A stretch of 62,974 nt of DNA, the filler included, from Octopus bimaculoides (Eukaryota), in the NCBI RefSeq assembly GCF_001194135.2. It is 5 parts of 5 records of this genome, joined end to end, with 100 filler letters (N's around TTAATTAATTAA, not from the genome) between each part and the next. Parts side by side here need not be neighbours in the genome. Positions count along the whole stretch, not along the records: positions 12,019 to 37,798 come from NC_068996.1; 4 more parts are not named here. One strand, written 5' to 3'. The translations under genes and the position numbers were made by a program. Below, in pieces: positions 13,420-26,092 of this stretch (the first letter of the stretch is position 1; the number at the start of each line of letters is the position of its first letter). Below the pieces are notes generated by a model. That model saw only the letters and a list, made by a program, of their open reading frames with translations, searched no databases and was not told where the DNA came from.

Positions 13420-14471
13420 TATTATTGCATTCACTCTGATTGCCACTGAAGTTTTGTGTGCCCGTGAGTACCACCAATCTTTTGTCATTTTTGTCCTGCT
13501 TTTTCCTGTCTTGCAACTTACTTGGCAACTTCACGAGTGTTGGTGGCATGTAAAAAGTATGCAGTATGCACTGTAGAGTGGTTGCCATTGGGAAAGGCTT
13601 CAAGCCTTAGAGAACATGCTAAAGCTGACACTGAAGCTTGGCTTACTGCATCCTGCCAAACCATCTGACTCATGCCAAATTGAAAAATGGAACTTCAGTG
13701 ATGATGATATTTTGTAGAACTGATCAGTAATATAAGGGCATGGTTTTATTTTCTTTTTACATTGACCCTATAGAGCCACAGCTTCTTTGAAAAATTTTGT
13801 TTGAGAAATCTTAATTTAAAAAAAAAAAAGCAATGATTTCAATAATGACAACATAGTATTTTTCATGATGGAAGAAAGCGATTCAAAGTAAAGAAGAAAT
13901 TACAATGGTTCCTCAATGGACAACAGTGTCATGGCAACAGCTACAAGTGCTGCTACTATAGCAACCGAAATTGTGACACACTGTCAAAGCAGCTACTACA
14001 CATGATATCACATGTGACTAAGAAAACTGACTCTACCCTTTGAAAAATCACACATGTGCATGCACACACAAAAATAAAATTTTACCCTTTCTTGAGTGGC
14101 AAGTTACTGGACATACCATTTGCTCAAAAGAATTACAGAAGTTATTTTTAAAAAAATAGGTGACATTATATGCTCTGGAGTGATGACACTTCAAGCCAAG
14201 AAGGTGAGCAGCTCCTAAAGAAAGATTACTCTCTATAGAATTGGAGATGGAAGCAATTATCAAGTTACTACAATCAGAGTTGGTAAAAATGTATCAACTC
14301 TCACTCCAATAATATAAATAGTAATATAATACAGTATAATTTCCAATTTCATTGATATTAATATCAATTAATCTATTTTTTTCTTTGTTCTTCTTGAAAT
14401 AAATTTTATGGTAGTTTGAATTCCTTATACAAATTTACAATTACTTTAACACTCACATTAACAAAGGTTGG

Positions 14472-14750
14472 TAGGCATGGCTGTGTGGCAAGAAGTTTGC
14501 TTTCTTACCACATAGTTCTGAGTTCAGTCTCACTGCATGGCACTTTGGACAAGTGTCTTCTACTATAGCCTTGGGCTGACCAAAGCCTTGTGAGTAGATT
14601 TGGTAGATGGAAACTGAAAGAAACCTCCTCTCATGTATATATCTGTGTATGTTTGTGTTTGCATTTGTCCCCCCACCATCACTTTTGGTGTTGGTGTGTT
14701 TACATCCCTGTAACTTAGTGGTTCTGCAAAAGAAACCAATAGAAGTAAGT
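14472..14750 (+). mobile_element. SINE family B copy (other plus copies or fragments at about 9403-9515, 19440-19660, 46976-47180 and 56069-56170)
   Basis: GGCATGGCTGTGTGG.AAGAAG.TTGCTT head, then CTT(G)GGCAAGTGTCTTCTACTATAGCC...CCAAAGCCTTGTGAGT, then an internal (TG)n tract. Confidence 0.8.
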
Positions 14751-14779
14751 GGAAGAAGTTTTGGAAGATTCTGAAATTA

Positions 14780-15570
14780 AAAAAAGGGCAAGTTGTATGA
14801 TTTGTAAGTGATAATGCTTCAAGCACGTTAACCACAATTGAGATGTGAATAAAATTAATAAAGAAAGTGCACAAATGTTGGAAGGTGAACATGATATTCC
14901 CACAAATGATCTCCAAAGAGGAAAGAGAGAGAGAGAGAGAGAGAGGGAGCAGTGAAATTGTAGATGATAATGTTGAGAAGTCATCAAAGAAATTCCTAAT
15001 TCAAGTTTTGCATTTGCTGTGCATACACTGTAACTAGCAGTAAGCGAAAGATTGAGAGATTGTCACATAGCTACTCACATGGGCTAGTGGAGGCAAGTAG
15101 TCCTAAAATAGATTCTATTCTCCATAGACATTCTGGTAAAGGAGTTATTTTTGGATCAAGCAACACACTGGGGAAGCATCTGTTTGGTGATCAAGAATTT
15201 GCTTGAACTAAAAACTTTTCTTGAAGACTTGATTAATGAAAATATTTCAATAACTGAAGGCCTGTAGGCACAAGTGACACAATAAGAATGTTTTCCTTTC
15301 TCAACCTTTTACTCTCTCTAAGAAGTTGCAATCTAAAAGGTTTAACATTTAGTAGATTTTTGTTGGAAAAGAGAAGCTTGATGTGTCACCTGAGTGAAAG
15401 TGCAGGATTAATTGATCTTCAATGAAAAAACAGGAGGATTTCTTATCAGAAAATCTAATCCTATTTATAGGGATCCAATGAACTGAATTTGTCTGAACAA
15501 TGACAAGATTCCTGAAGGTAAAAAGGTCCCCTATGAAGCAGCAATTATTGTATAAAAGTTAGAGGTACTA
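14780..15570 (+). mobile_element. Heavily decayed hAT transposase remnant (second family)
   Basis: Manual translation gives VSDNASS, FAVHTL*LAV, PKIDSILHRHSGKGVI/LDQATHWGSICLVIKNLLELK and PIYRDPMN. These are degenerate TDNAxN, CxxHxLxL and TRWxS hAT motifs in the expected order. Confidence 0.7.
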
Positions 15571-15684
15571 TATGTAACTCAGGCAGTATTTTGGATCATG
15601 GAAGCTAATTACCCTCTGCAGAATTAATAGTATACTTCGACAAAATACAACATTCAAAAGTAAAGTGGCGCCATTTAAGTATAG

Positions 15685-15910
15685 ACAGTGGTGAGCTGGC
15701 AGAATCATTGGAGCAAGGGATAAAAATGCTTTGTAGTATTTGTTCCAGCTCTTTACATTCTGGGTTCAAATCCTGTTGAGGTCAATTTTGCATCCATCCC
15801 TCCAGATTGATAAAATAAAGTACCAATCAAGTACTGGTGTTGATGATATCTCTCAAATTGGGGGAGAAGATGTAAGCTTCATGCTTTGTGTTGAAATTTG
15901 AAACCATCTA
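15685..15910 (+). mobile_element. SINE family A copy, CpG-decayed (similar copies at about 18690-18880, 21255-21470, 25300-25380 and 26985-27215)
   Basis: Head, core and tail are recognisable, with CG replaced by TG or CA. Confidence 0.75.
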
Positions 15911-17430
15911 AGTGTAAAAATACAACCAATGGATGTCCAAATTTCTAGTAAGAAATTTTTATAGAGATTAAAAGGAGTGGAAAAGTATCACTACTCATTG
16001 AAATTGACTGTAGAAGGAGCCATCCCTGCTTATCCATAAGTTCATAGTGATGTAACTGGAACTAACAGCAATGCCACTCATCTTAATAAATGTTGGAAGA
16101 TTGTTTCCTACACTGAAAATGATCAAATCAAATTTAAAGGCTTCTATGAAAGATGATGTAGTAGAAATAATCCTGTTTCTAAGAATTTTAGCAAAGTTTT
16201 GGTTTAGATGAAGGGTAAATTTTGCAATATTTTACAATGTAATTTTCATTTCATTTGATGTAATCTTTTATCTTTTATTTTCATAAATTCTTGAAATCAC
16301 AAAGAAGGAGCGTTATGTATCTAATTGAGTTTATTTAATTTTAAATGGTTATTAAGTTACCTAGTGTTCAATCTTTTAGCTTTAAATTTGATTTATTTCA
16401 GATTTTTTAAATGGTACACAAAGATATTCATGATTTTTATAGTATCTTTTTGTCCTTTTACTTTTGATAAATTTAGCCTCTTTTTTAAAAAACTTCGTAG
16501 GTTTTGTCTTATGCTTAACTGTTTATAACTTAATAAATAATATAAAAAATCCACAGTGGCTTAGCTATAGCTTTTAAACCTAAGCTTTACCAAATTAGGG
16601 TACTAAGAAGTAGCCTCATGATTCACATTGGCAGTGATGGAATGCATTGTTTGTTGTGTACTTTCAACCAATATATGGAATGTATGATTAGTCTAAATAA
16701 AAATAGAGAAGTCAGAGTTGGTGGTTCTGTAATTTGGTATGTCAAAGATGGAATTGAAGGTCTTTTATACTGACTTTACAGCCTTGATTCCCTAGAGGTG
16801 CAAATCAGAAAAGATTTGGTCTCCAGTAAGATATCTACAAGAAGGTGACCGCACAAAATGGTAGTGACTATCTGTACATGCAAACTAGGAATTTCTGATG
16901 ATCCCAGTTTATATGGAATGATGGTGATCAAAGTTAGTCACTGACATTCCACTTCACAGAGATTAGAGTGATAGCAATAGAGCAGGAACATAGAACTTAA
17001 GACGTCCTCATTTTTAGGAAAACACTAAATGGGGACGTCATTAGAGTTCCAAGTATTGAATACACCTGTGGATCATTTGGGCATTCTTCAATACTTCTCT
17101 TTCAAACAATGCAAGAAGATACAAAGATTGCCAAAGACAAGAAACCTAAATATTACAGCAAAACAAATCACTACAGAGATTTCTGACCCTTGAGGGAGAA
17201 GACATGAGCTTCACACCTGTCTTCATTGTGAACACCAACACCCCAACTTCTGCAGCATCAGTAGCAGGAGTTGCAACAGTAACTACAACAGAATCAATAA
17301 TACAGTTCTATATTTAAGAGATGAGGAATTATTTACATTATTTATATTTGACGGATATTTGTCCTCATCTTGTTTGTTGTTAACACAACATTTCGGCTGA
17401 TATACCCTCCAGCCTTTGTCAGGTGTCTTG

Positions 17431-17503
17431 GGGCATATGGCGTAGTGGTTAAGAGCGCGGGCTACTAACCCCAAGATTCCGAGTTCGATTCACGGCAGCG
17501 ACC
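17431..17503 (+). other. tRNA-derived SINE head (not a functional tRNA)
   Basis: A and B boxes, loop CT-ACT-AA closed by GGG/CCC, T-arm CCGAG-TTCGATT-CACGG. The acceptor stem does not pair. Confidence 0.75.
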
Positions 17504-17585
17504 TGATTAATAATAGTAATAATAATAATAATATAATAATAGTAACATCGTTAGGAATGAGAACCCAGGTTCAAAATTTCCCCAA

Positions 17586-17631
17586 GACACCTGACGAAGG
17601 CTGGAGGGTATATCAGCCGAAACGTTGTGTT
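17586..17631 (+). ncRNA. Minimal hammerhead ribozyme motif (Penelope type)
   Basis: GACAC-CTGACGA-A-GGCTG(gagggtatat)CAGCC-GAAAC-GTT-GTGTT. It has the core CUGANGA/GAAA, a 5-bp stem II, stem I GACAC/GTGTT, a GUU cleavage triplet and the palindrome AACGTT in place of stem III. Confidence 0.75.
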
Positions 17632-17864
17632 AACAACAAACAAGATGAGGACAAATATCCGTCAAATGTAAATAATGTAAATAATGTAGAATCAATAATA
17701 AAAGTCACAGCAGCAATGATATCTACATCAACAAGAGCCAACAACAGTCACACTAAAAATTGCAGTAGTAAAAGGAATTGCAACAAGAGACACTAAAATG
17801 TACAACAGTAATAATGCATAGACAAATTCCTTATCTTTACCATACTCCATAACGGAAACAATCA

Positions 17865-18035
17865 TCATCAACATTTAATGTCTGTTTTCCATGCTGGCAT
17901 GAGTTGGCTGGCTTGACAGGGGTCACACCAGGTTCCATAGTCTGTTTTGGCATGGTTTCTACTGCTGGATGCTCTTCCTAATGCCAGTCACTTTACAGAT
18001 GCTGGGTGCTTTTTACATGGCACCAGCACCCATAC
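17865..18035 (-). mobile_element. Old RTE 3' UTR fragment (similar fragments at about 19770-19870 and 53490-53600)
   Basis: catcatcaacatttaatgtctgttttccatgctggcatg matches the RTE tail at 34129-34170. Confidence 0.65.
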
Positions 18036-19615
18036 CAACAATTATGTGGTGAAATTTGTACAAATGATAAAATTTTTATGATTGGTGATAATTTTGATGC
18101 ATTTTGCTGTATTAAATACACCGAAAGAGACACTTCTTGCAAGAATCACATTGTAAATGTACTACACCTGAAAAAAACATTTTAAAAATGACGTGAGGGC
18201 TTGTAAACTATACTGGACAAGAAGAAAGACCTTTTCAAGGGTCCTGCAAAAAAAGATTATCATTAGTGACCCTCTCCTACTTTTTTTTCTCTCTCTTCTA
18301 GCATGTTCATATTAAGATTAGAGTTATAAATGCACATGGACGAGGTTGGCATGGACGCAAGGACACCTTTTCATCAATTTCAGTTCATACTTTTACATGT
18401 GAGAGCCATCAGGAAGACCAGGACATGTAGAAATGCATGTATTCGTTGGTGGGCATAGAAGCAAAGTCACTTTCTCAAGGATTTCAGGTCACCATAAAGT
18501 TGGTAATTATCAGCAAGACCAAAATTTCAGTGACACATGCACTCTTTGATGGCTATGAGCTGTATGTGTTTCTTACTTGGCCTGGAACAGGTGGCAAGAT
18601 GACACTATTTTGTGAAAAGGTTGGAAAATAATGTTTGTTTTGGAAAACATGGATGATCTATTTGGATCCAAATAATCCATGTGCATAGTGACATTTCGTC
18701 TGTCTCTATGTTCTGAGTTCAAATTCTGCTGAGGTCAACTTTTCCTTTCATCCTTTCAAGGTCAATGAAATAAGTACCAGTTGAGCACTGGGGGAGGGCA
18801 TCAATGTAACCTCATGTAACACTTTTCCTCAAAACTTCAGACCTTGTGCCTATAGTAGAAAGGATTATTATTATTATTATGACTAAGTATGTACATGTAG
18901 CTTCAAACCTTGTTGCATGATATTAAACTGAATTTTTCAGTTGCCTGACTAACACACAAGACCAGTAACACTACTTTCTTATAATTTAGTAGTACAATAA
19001 ATTGCCTAATAGAGAATATTTGACCATAAGACTGATTACTACAATCATAAACAGCTACCAAACTTTACATTTATTCTGCTGGAAATATTTCATGTAAAAT
19101 CCATTTTTTTTTATGTAACAAAACAAAAATCTGAACTGGTTCATTGCTGCTCCATTATCACATTCTTTTTTTTACCTTAATATTGCAAAATTTTTGCAGT
19201 TCTATTCTAAACTGACATATTTTTGTAGTGTAAACATGTATGTAATGCATTGCATTATGTTTTCTATTTTCTACTTCATAAATAATTGTTTGTGAGTTAA
19301 GTATCACAATAAAAGACTGCAGGCTGTAATCAAATAAATTAGATGGTCTACTAGTCAAAAACAGGTTAATAGTTTGTCATATCTTATCACTAACATGGCA
19401 CTATTCCAACAACATAGCCATTTAACTTTGTTTGCTGTTATGGCTATTTGGTTTTAAAAGTTTGCTTCCCAATCTTGTAGGTTCTGGGTTAAGTGGTTTT
19501 GGGCAATAGCAGAAAACACTTGCCCAAGGTTCTACACAGTGGTGTGTTGGGCGTCTTCTGCTATGGTTTCAGTCTGACCAAAGCTTTGAGTGGCTTTGGT
19601 AGATAGAAATTGAAA

Positions 19616-19664
<49 letters not shown>

Positions 19665-22029
19665 ACATGTGCATGCATGCATACATCTGTCATTATTTGT
19701 ATGATCCTATCAACAAATTGTCTGGCCACTTTATAGCTTCAGAAACACATAGAATAAGAGGTTCCCTGCTGGTAAAACAGTGAACGATTAGTGTCATAAA
19801 GGGCATCCAGCTGTAAAGCATCACCTAAACATACTGAACCCATGCAAGCATAGAAAAACAGATGTAAAGCAAATGAAAACAAAAGGGTTTGGAAATGTTG
19901 GGATGTCCATCACCTGTTGCAGATGTTGAGAAGCACTCCATTGTTTAAACATGTTGCTTAAAAAAAAAAAAATTGCTATTTACTAGTTGTTCTCTGTATC
20001 TTCTTCAGGAATAGCAGTAAGAGGTGTATGGTGGTAGTTGATGTGCACCAGAAATTTTGATCAAATTTTGAAAATAATTACAGATTTTGGCAAGAGAAAA
20101 AAACAGAAAAAAGGGAAGTGAATATATTTGAAAAAAGCAGCTACAGCAAACATTTACAATCTAGCAAGTTGAAGAGAAAAGTGATATTTCTAATAGTATT
20201 AATAACAATAGCAACAGTTTTGCTAATATTTCTATAAGAGAGAATTGTTTGGTATAGGTTGGCATCAGGAAAAGAAAATAGGGAGAGACATGTTACAAAG
20301 GACAGTACCTCTTTACTTTCAGAATATTTTTTTTTTTTAAACCCATTCAAAATGTCCACAAATAAACAATTGGGAAACATAGACATGATGTGTGTTCCAT
20401 TGTCTGTAGTCTGATGTAGGAAGATTGTGCCAAGGTTTTAAGATCAAGGAGAAGGTGAGGCAACAGGGGAGTTAGTATTCCACACTTGCCTATAAACATG
20501 TGTCACAATATGAGGGTGGGTGAAATAGAGGGACATTTGTACAGACATTGCCAGGGACATTTGTACAGACATTGAGCCAAGGCTCAGTATTACTTTTGTG
20601 GCACAGTTCAGGCAGGTGGTGAGTGCAGAGGTGATTTGTAACTTTGTGTGGATAATCACATTTTGCTGAACTCTGAAGACCACAAAGTTATTCGCCATTG
20701 CAGGAGCAGAAAGAGCAGTTAGATTTCTTGTATAGAGCAGAAGGCCCAGCATAGCAGTAAAGGATACTTGAAGATATTTGGAGGAAGTGGAAATGAAAAG
20801 AGAAGAGGAAGATGTGGACAACAACAGAGGCAATAAAAACAACTGAAAACACTGGAAATTACTGTTTCTAGAGCACCACTGTTTGTATCCCGGGGAACAG
20901 TGTGATAAAATTGCCTTGACCTCAATGACTAAGTAGCTGAGGAGCTCATTATGTTGTGCTGTGATGATTGTAAGCAAATGGAAGTTTGAGAACACTGGCA
21001 ATCTATTGTGGAAGATAAAATAAAACAGAAAAAGACACAAAAGAAAAGAAATGAAACCAAATGTAAGGCATGACCCTACAAGGGGATCAATGTGAGTTCC
21101 ATGGTTGCATGAAATACTTAGGAGACCTTGGCAGATGTAATGAACCTAAAGGAAGACGGGGAATGGTTGTGTTGGTTGAGGTAAAAATAGGACTAGAATT
21201 CAAAAGACATTGAAATGATTGACTGGCAATATTCTATCATCTGCAAATGCAGCAAACTGGCAGAATAGTTACAGTGCCGGGTAAAATACTGAGTGCCATT
21301 TTGTCTGTTCTTATGTGTGAATTTAAATGTTGCTGAGGTTGACTTTGCCTGTCATCCTTTTGGAGTTGATAAAATAAGTATCATTTGAGCATTGGGGTTG
21401 AAGTAATTGACTTATGCTCTTCACTGAAATTGGCTGGCCTCATGCCAAAATGTGAAACTAATATTCTATCATTTGCAATAGTTATCTCACCCAACACAAC
21501 AGATAATGACAGGCACTTTAGATGTACCAGAGTCCAGTACCAGAAGTTGACTCTGGAATGTTGTGACGACTTTGATCGCAGATTCTCACCTGTATAGGGA
21601 TGGGTTGCTTTATCTGTTTTTATTTGTGCTTGATTTTTTTATTTTATTTATATTTGTATTTATATATTCATTTATTTATTTATATATTTTATCAAAATTT
21701 CCAATGTCTTAATATATACTTACTATGTGACACACTTTTTGTTCCTGAGTAGTAAGTGCTATTTGCTAATTGTTTGTATTGGAAAAGTATATAAAGTGGC
21801 TGATATTTCCTTCGGACATTGCTTTTGCAATCTACATGGTTTATCCTATTTTGAAATTTATTTATTTCCTCTAGGAAAAGAAGCAAATATACAAATTTTC
21901 TTTCACATAATGTCAGGAAAATAACTCTAACATATATTTAGGCTATTCATATGTGAGAAGTGATTTTTCAAAACTTGAAATTGTAATGTAAATCACTTCC
22001 ATGTATCAGACCTCAAATATAGTTGCCTT

Positions 22030-22145
22030 TCATGTTTTTGTTAAATTCTTGTAGGCCTCACATATTTTAATAGACATGTATTCTCACAGACATAGCAAAA
22101 TGCATCTGCTACATGCTTTCAGCTTCTTCACATCATCCCTGTAAA
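22030..22145 (-). mobile_element. Short N-terminal remnant of a CMC/Chapaev-3-like transposase
   Basis: KHVADAFCYVCE and KICEAYK resemble the recalled N-terminus KHPADAFCYVCG...KMCEAYK. The superfamily label is from memory. Confidence 0.5.
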
Positions 22146-22584
22146 ATGCAACCTAGCCTATGTACTAACATAGTTATAACTAAACAGAACTGGTGAGCTT
22201 AAGGTCCCTGTATTTGTATTATTAATTGGAAAATTCTTGCTAATTCTTGAAAGTTCAAGAAATTTCTGTATCACTTGCTCAGCCCTGAATCTGTCTGAAA
22301 CGCTCTGGGAAATAGGTAAAATTTAAAATATCATTTCCTATGCATTTTAAGCATTTGCTATAAGGAAATAGCAATTATTGCTTAGGATCAAGTAAATATT
22401 TTGTTACATAGTGTTATATAACATTGTTTACCTGCCCTTGTTTTTATACACTTATATGAGATACACCTCTCGTCCACTGACCTGTCTCCAAAACCTGAAT
22501 GTACAGGCCCTTTTGGAAAAGACAAATGTATTATTATTATTATTATTAAGTATTGGAAGAAATGCCATGCGATATTTCTTGCTT

Positions 22585-22711
22585 TCCCACAAGAGGCTGA
22601 CTGCCTTTCAGCCTTTTAGAGTCCATAAAATAAGTACTGGGGCTCAATGTAGTCAACTAACCTGCTCCTCCTAAAATTGGTGCCAAAATTTGAAATCATC
22701 ATCATCATTAC

Positions 22712-22747
<36 letters not shown>

Positions 22748-23190
22748 GAAAGGTGGTGAGTTGGCAAAATCATTAGCACTTCAAACAAAATGTTTAGTAG
22801 CATTTTGTCTGTCTTTACATTCTGAGTTCAAATTCTGCCGAGTTTGACTTGCTTTTCATCCTTTTGGGGTCAATGAAATAAGTACCACAGTGTAATCTCA
22901 GCTAACACCCTTCCCCAAACTTTCAGGCCTTGTGCCTATAGTAGAAAGGATTATTATTATNNNNNNNNNNNNNNNNNNNNNNNNNNNNNNNNNNNNNNNN
23001 NNNNNNNNNNNNNNNNNNNNNNNNNNNNNNNNNNNNNNNNNNNNNNNNNNNNNNNNNNNNNNNNNNNNNNNNNNNNNNNNNNNCGATAAAATAAGTATTA
23101 GTTGAGCACTGGGGTCAGTACAATCAATTAACTCCCTCCCATTAAAACTGCTGGTATTTTGCCAAAATTCGAAACCATTATTATTCTTTG
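22585..23190 (+). mobile_element. Chain of SINE family A copies and fragments separated by (ATT)n, spanning a gap
   Basis: Fragment at about 22600-22700, full copy at about 22750-22960, 3' part at 23084-23185. Confidence 0.75.
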
Positions 23191-25186
23191 TTTTTTAAAT
23201 AGATGTGCGACGTATCGCTCTGCAGAATTTGGTGTGTGTGTTTTTTTTTTTTTTTTAACAAGCATAACTGAAGAAAGCAAACATTACATTTTAAATATTT
23301 TCTTCAGGGGCGCTTTGGAATGTTTCTGGATATCTCTCCCATACCGGGAAAGAAGCAAGGTTTGTCAATTTTAGACATTTTAAACTTTTTTAAAAAAAAT
23401 TTTGTGTTTACATTCAACCTAAGATGGCTACTAACCAGAGAGATAATATCAACCAAGGAATTCAATTTAATGCGACTCCACAGAAAGAAATTTAACTAAA
23501 GAAACAAGTCTAAACCAAACAGCAATGCATAAACATTTCCCAAGACCCCCCCTCACCCCCCAAAATGACTTTTCAAATAGAAAGCAGTTCCCTTGACATT
23601 AATATTCTCAATGATAAGGTAAACAACAAGAATGCACACACTACTACATGCTTGACCCAATTAACAAACTGGTGGGGGGTGGGGAAGCAGTTTATCATTT
23701 GCCAACACTACAAAGCAGATTTTGAATATGAATTGACTTGCTGAGATGAAATCTACATGGCAAAGTTTTGTAATCAAGTGGAGTGCATTTTTGCCAGAGT
23801 ACTTTATCCAAAAGCAAGAGAAGTAGCTGTGCTAGTTTCTTCTTGTCATCAAACAATGAGAGTTGTCTTGGCTTGATGTGTGGAGCAATATCTTCTCTAT
23901 CAATTTAGGAGAAGGCCTTTGGAACCAGAAAGGAGAGCAGCAATACAAACTGAGTTAGTGTGTTTATATCTTCCCTTACTTTGGTGTTGCAATACATGGC
24001 TTGATGCTATACAAGGGTCACAGTCAAGAATATTTATGATGAATACTAATGATGTTAACTCTTAGCTTATTCTTGGTAATGCAGGATGGGTAGTTGAGTG
24101 CCGAGATAACTGGGTGTGTGTGGTTGGCTGGGTTCTTATTGGACATATATGTCTTAATGACTCCTACTCCAAATCATAGAATTATACCAGAGTTGTGCCC
24201 TATTGAAGGTGAGGAAGGAAAGATTATGAGACTGGTGATGCAAAGCAGAAAGCCAAGCTGTATATGTGAGGCAAAAAGGGCTATTTGAGGACTTGCTATG
24301 ATACTGGAAAAACAGAAGAGAGAGACAACAACATAACCAGTGACAATGATGACAAATAACAGAAGCTGTTTTTGTCAATGCTCTACTGATCATAGCTCTG
24401 AGGGAAGCCAGAAGAGATTGCCTTGCCCACAGTACCAGAAGCCAACAACCAACAAGCTGTGGAACCCATTCCCAGCAGTATCATCCTGTAATGTTGCAGA
24501 GAGATGATGAACAACAAACAGGATTGGTGAACTGCTGGAGCTCCAAACACAAAAACAAACTTAAGAGGAAGGAAAGCAGATCCAAAACATAGTCTGACCC
24601 CCCACTGTTATGATTTTCACAGTTCCTTGTATAACGAATGAAGAACTTATGGATGATTTAAGTAACCTACAAAAAAAGTCATTTCTAAAAAGAGTAAGTG
24701 CAGATTTGCAGGTTGGTCTTCAACTATATGGCGCATAGAGATTATTGGTGGTTTATGATAAGATACTTTTGGGGGTCTATGTAAAAATCCTTACTTTAAT
24801 AATAACAGTTGTAAGGTCCTTTTTCATTGTCTGTTTTGATATCAGGATTGCTCATTAGTACTTTTGGGCAAAAGCAGTATACAGTACCAGGATATTACAC
24901 AAGGGGAAGATGATGATCAGGTTTTTCACGAGTCTTGGTCTGACTCAGGATGAGGTTGTGTATTTTCCTTAAAATATCTTTTAATCATACGTGTTGAAAT
25001 ATATTTAATTTTGTGTAATTTGAAAAGGAAAATAAATTTTAACATGGCTTAAAATATTGTATAATGTCTCTATCTTTTCCCCCTCACTTTTATATGACTG
25101 TTTATCCCCACATGTATTTGTAATACTTTTGTACTTGTTTTATTGTATTAGTGAATTGTTCCTGGTGGCAAATAAATTAACGTATC

Positions 25187-25234
<48 letters not shown>

Positions 25235-26092
25235 GTCATCGTCATTCTTAATGTGAAGAAATGCAGTAGTAACAAAGCAAAAAATGCATTCCAAACTTTT
25301 ATGTCCTGAGTTCAAATCTTAAGTATTGACTTTGCTTTTTCATTCGTTCAGAGTTGATAAAATAAGTACCAGTGCAATTCTAGAATCAATTTTAATCAAT
25401 CAATGATTTAATATAATTATTTGTTTTCATAAATGTATTGAACTTAATACTTAAAAGAAATTGTTGATTATCTGAGCATTTAGGAGAATTTGTTTTCTCT
25501 CTCAGTTTATCCACATTCAAAATGATTATTAGTTCCATTATTTTATAATGGTAAGGGTCTGTCTGCTGTTTCTTCTTTCCTGTTCTCATCTGTTTCACAC
25601 ATATAGTGCAAGATGTTTTGAGTAAGAACTCAACATATCAGGTCATAAGTTGTAGCACTCAGATACCTCAAGTTAACAGCAATATTGTGACAAACTTGTG
25701 ACAAGATAAGAGTCTGGTATTGATAACACAGACGTAGATGTATTGAGAATGAGAAATGGTTTATCTGCTGTTATTGAGTACATTGTATGTTTTAAGTAAG
25801 GTGCATGGCTCATATTACTGCAACCAACTTGGCCAAAAATGTGTCATTTAAGTTGTAGCTAAATTGGCTGAGAATGGTTGTGCATCAAATTATAAAGAGA
25901 CTTGAGACCAAGCAGAGCTGCGTTCAGAAATATAGGAGCAGAAACATTGGTGTTAAAATTAATTTTGTTTCAACATTTATCATTTTCATGCTTTTTGTTG
26001 CTGTTTTTATTATTAAAAAAAAAAAAATTATGTACTGAAAATATGTACCAGCATTTTATCTATATTTCTTGTAAAATTTTAATCATTTGCAG

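Larger units (their letters stand above)
17303..17687 (+). mobile_element. Non-autonomous retroelement: tRNA-like head + (AAT)n + Penelope-like tail, with an inverted copy of the tail at its 5' side
   Basis: 13-bp direct repeat AGAATCAATAATA at 17290-17302 and 17688-17700. Inverted arms 17328-17433 and 17580-17685 differ at 3 positions. A-box TGGCGTAGTGG at 17438-48 and B-box GAGTTCGATTC at 17481-91. Confidence 0.85.

Noticed and set aside
17431-17503. tRNA-Ser(ACT) gene
   Set aside because: The acceptor stem is unpaired, the anticodon stem has only 3 bp, and it is embedded in a TSD-flanked element.
20795-20830. GGSGNEKRRG on the + strand resembling menin GKGNEDRRG
   Set aside because: The upstream AEVTWH motif is missing, the frame closes soon after, and there are no suitable splice sites. 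It is a purine-rich chance match on the antisense of a probable LINE remnant.
20444-21040. 198-aa minus-strand ORF as a host gene
   Set aside because: No recognisable protein. Fragmentary LINE-RT-like motifs in other frames suggest a decayed retroelement.
23750-24560. Ty3/Gypsy pol remnant (GCVWLAG resembling YVWWPG)
   Set aside because: Too degenerate to call by eye. A BLASTX or HMM hit is needed.
24735-24780. RLLVVYDKIL resembling the small menin exon KLLWLLYDLGHL
   Set aside because: No Trp or GHL, and no donor giving the required phase-2 end.
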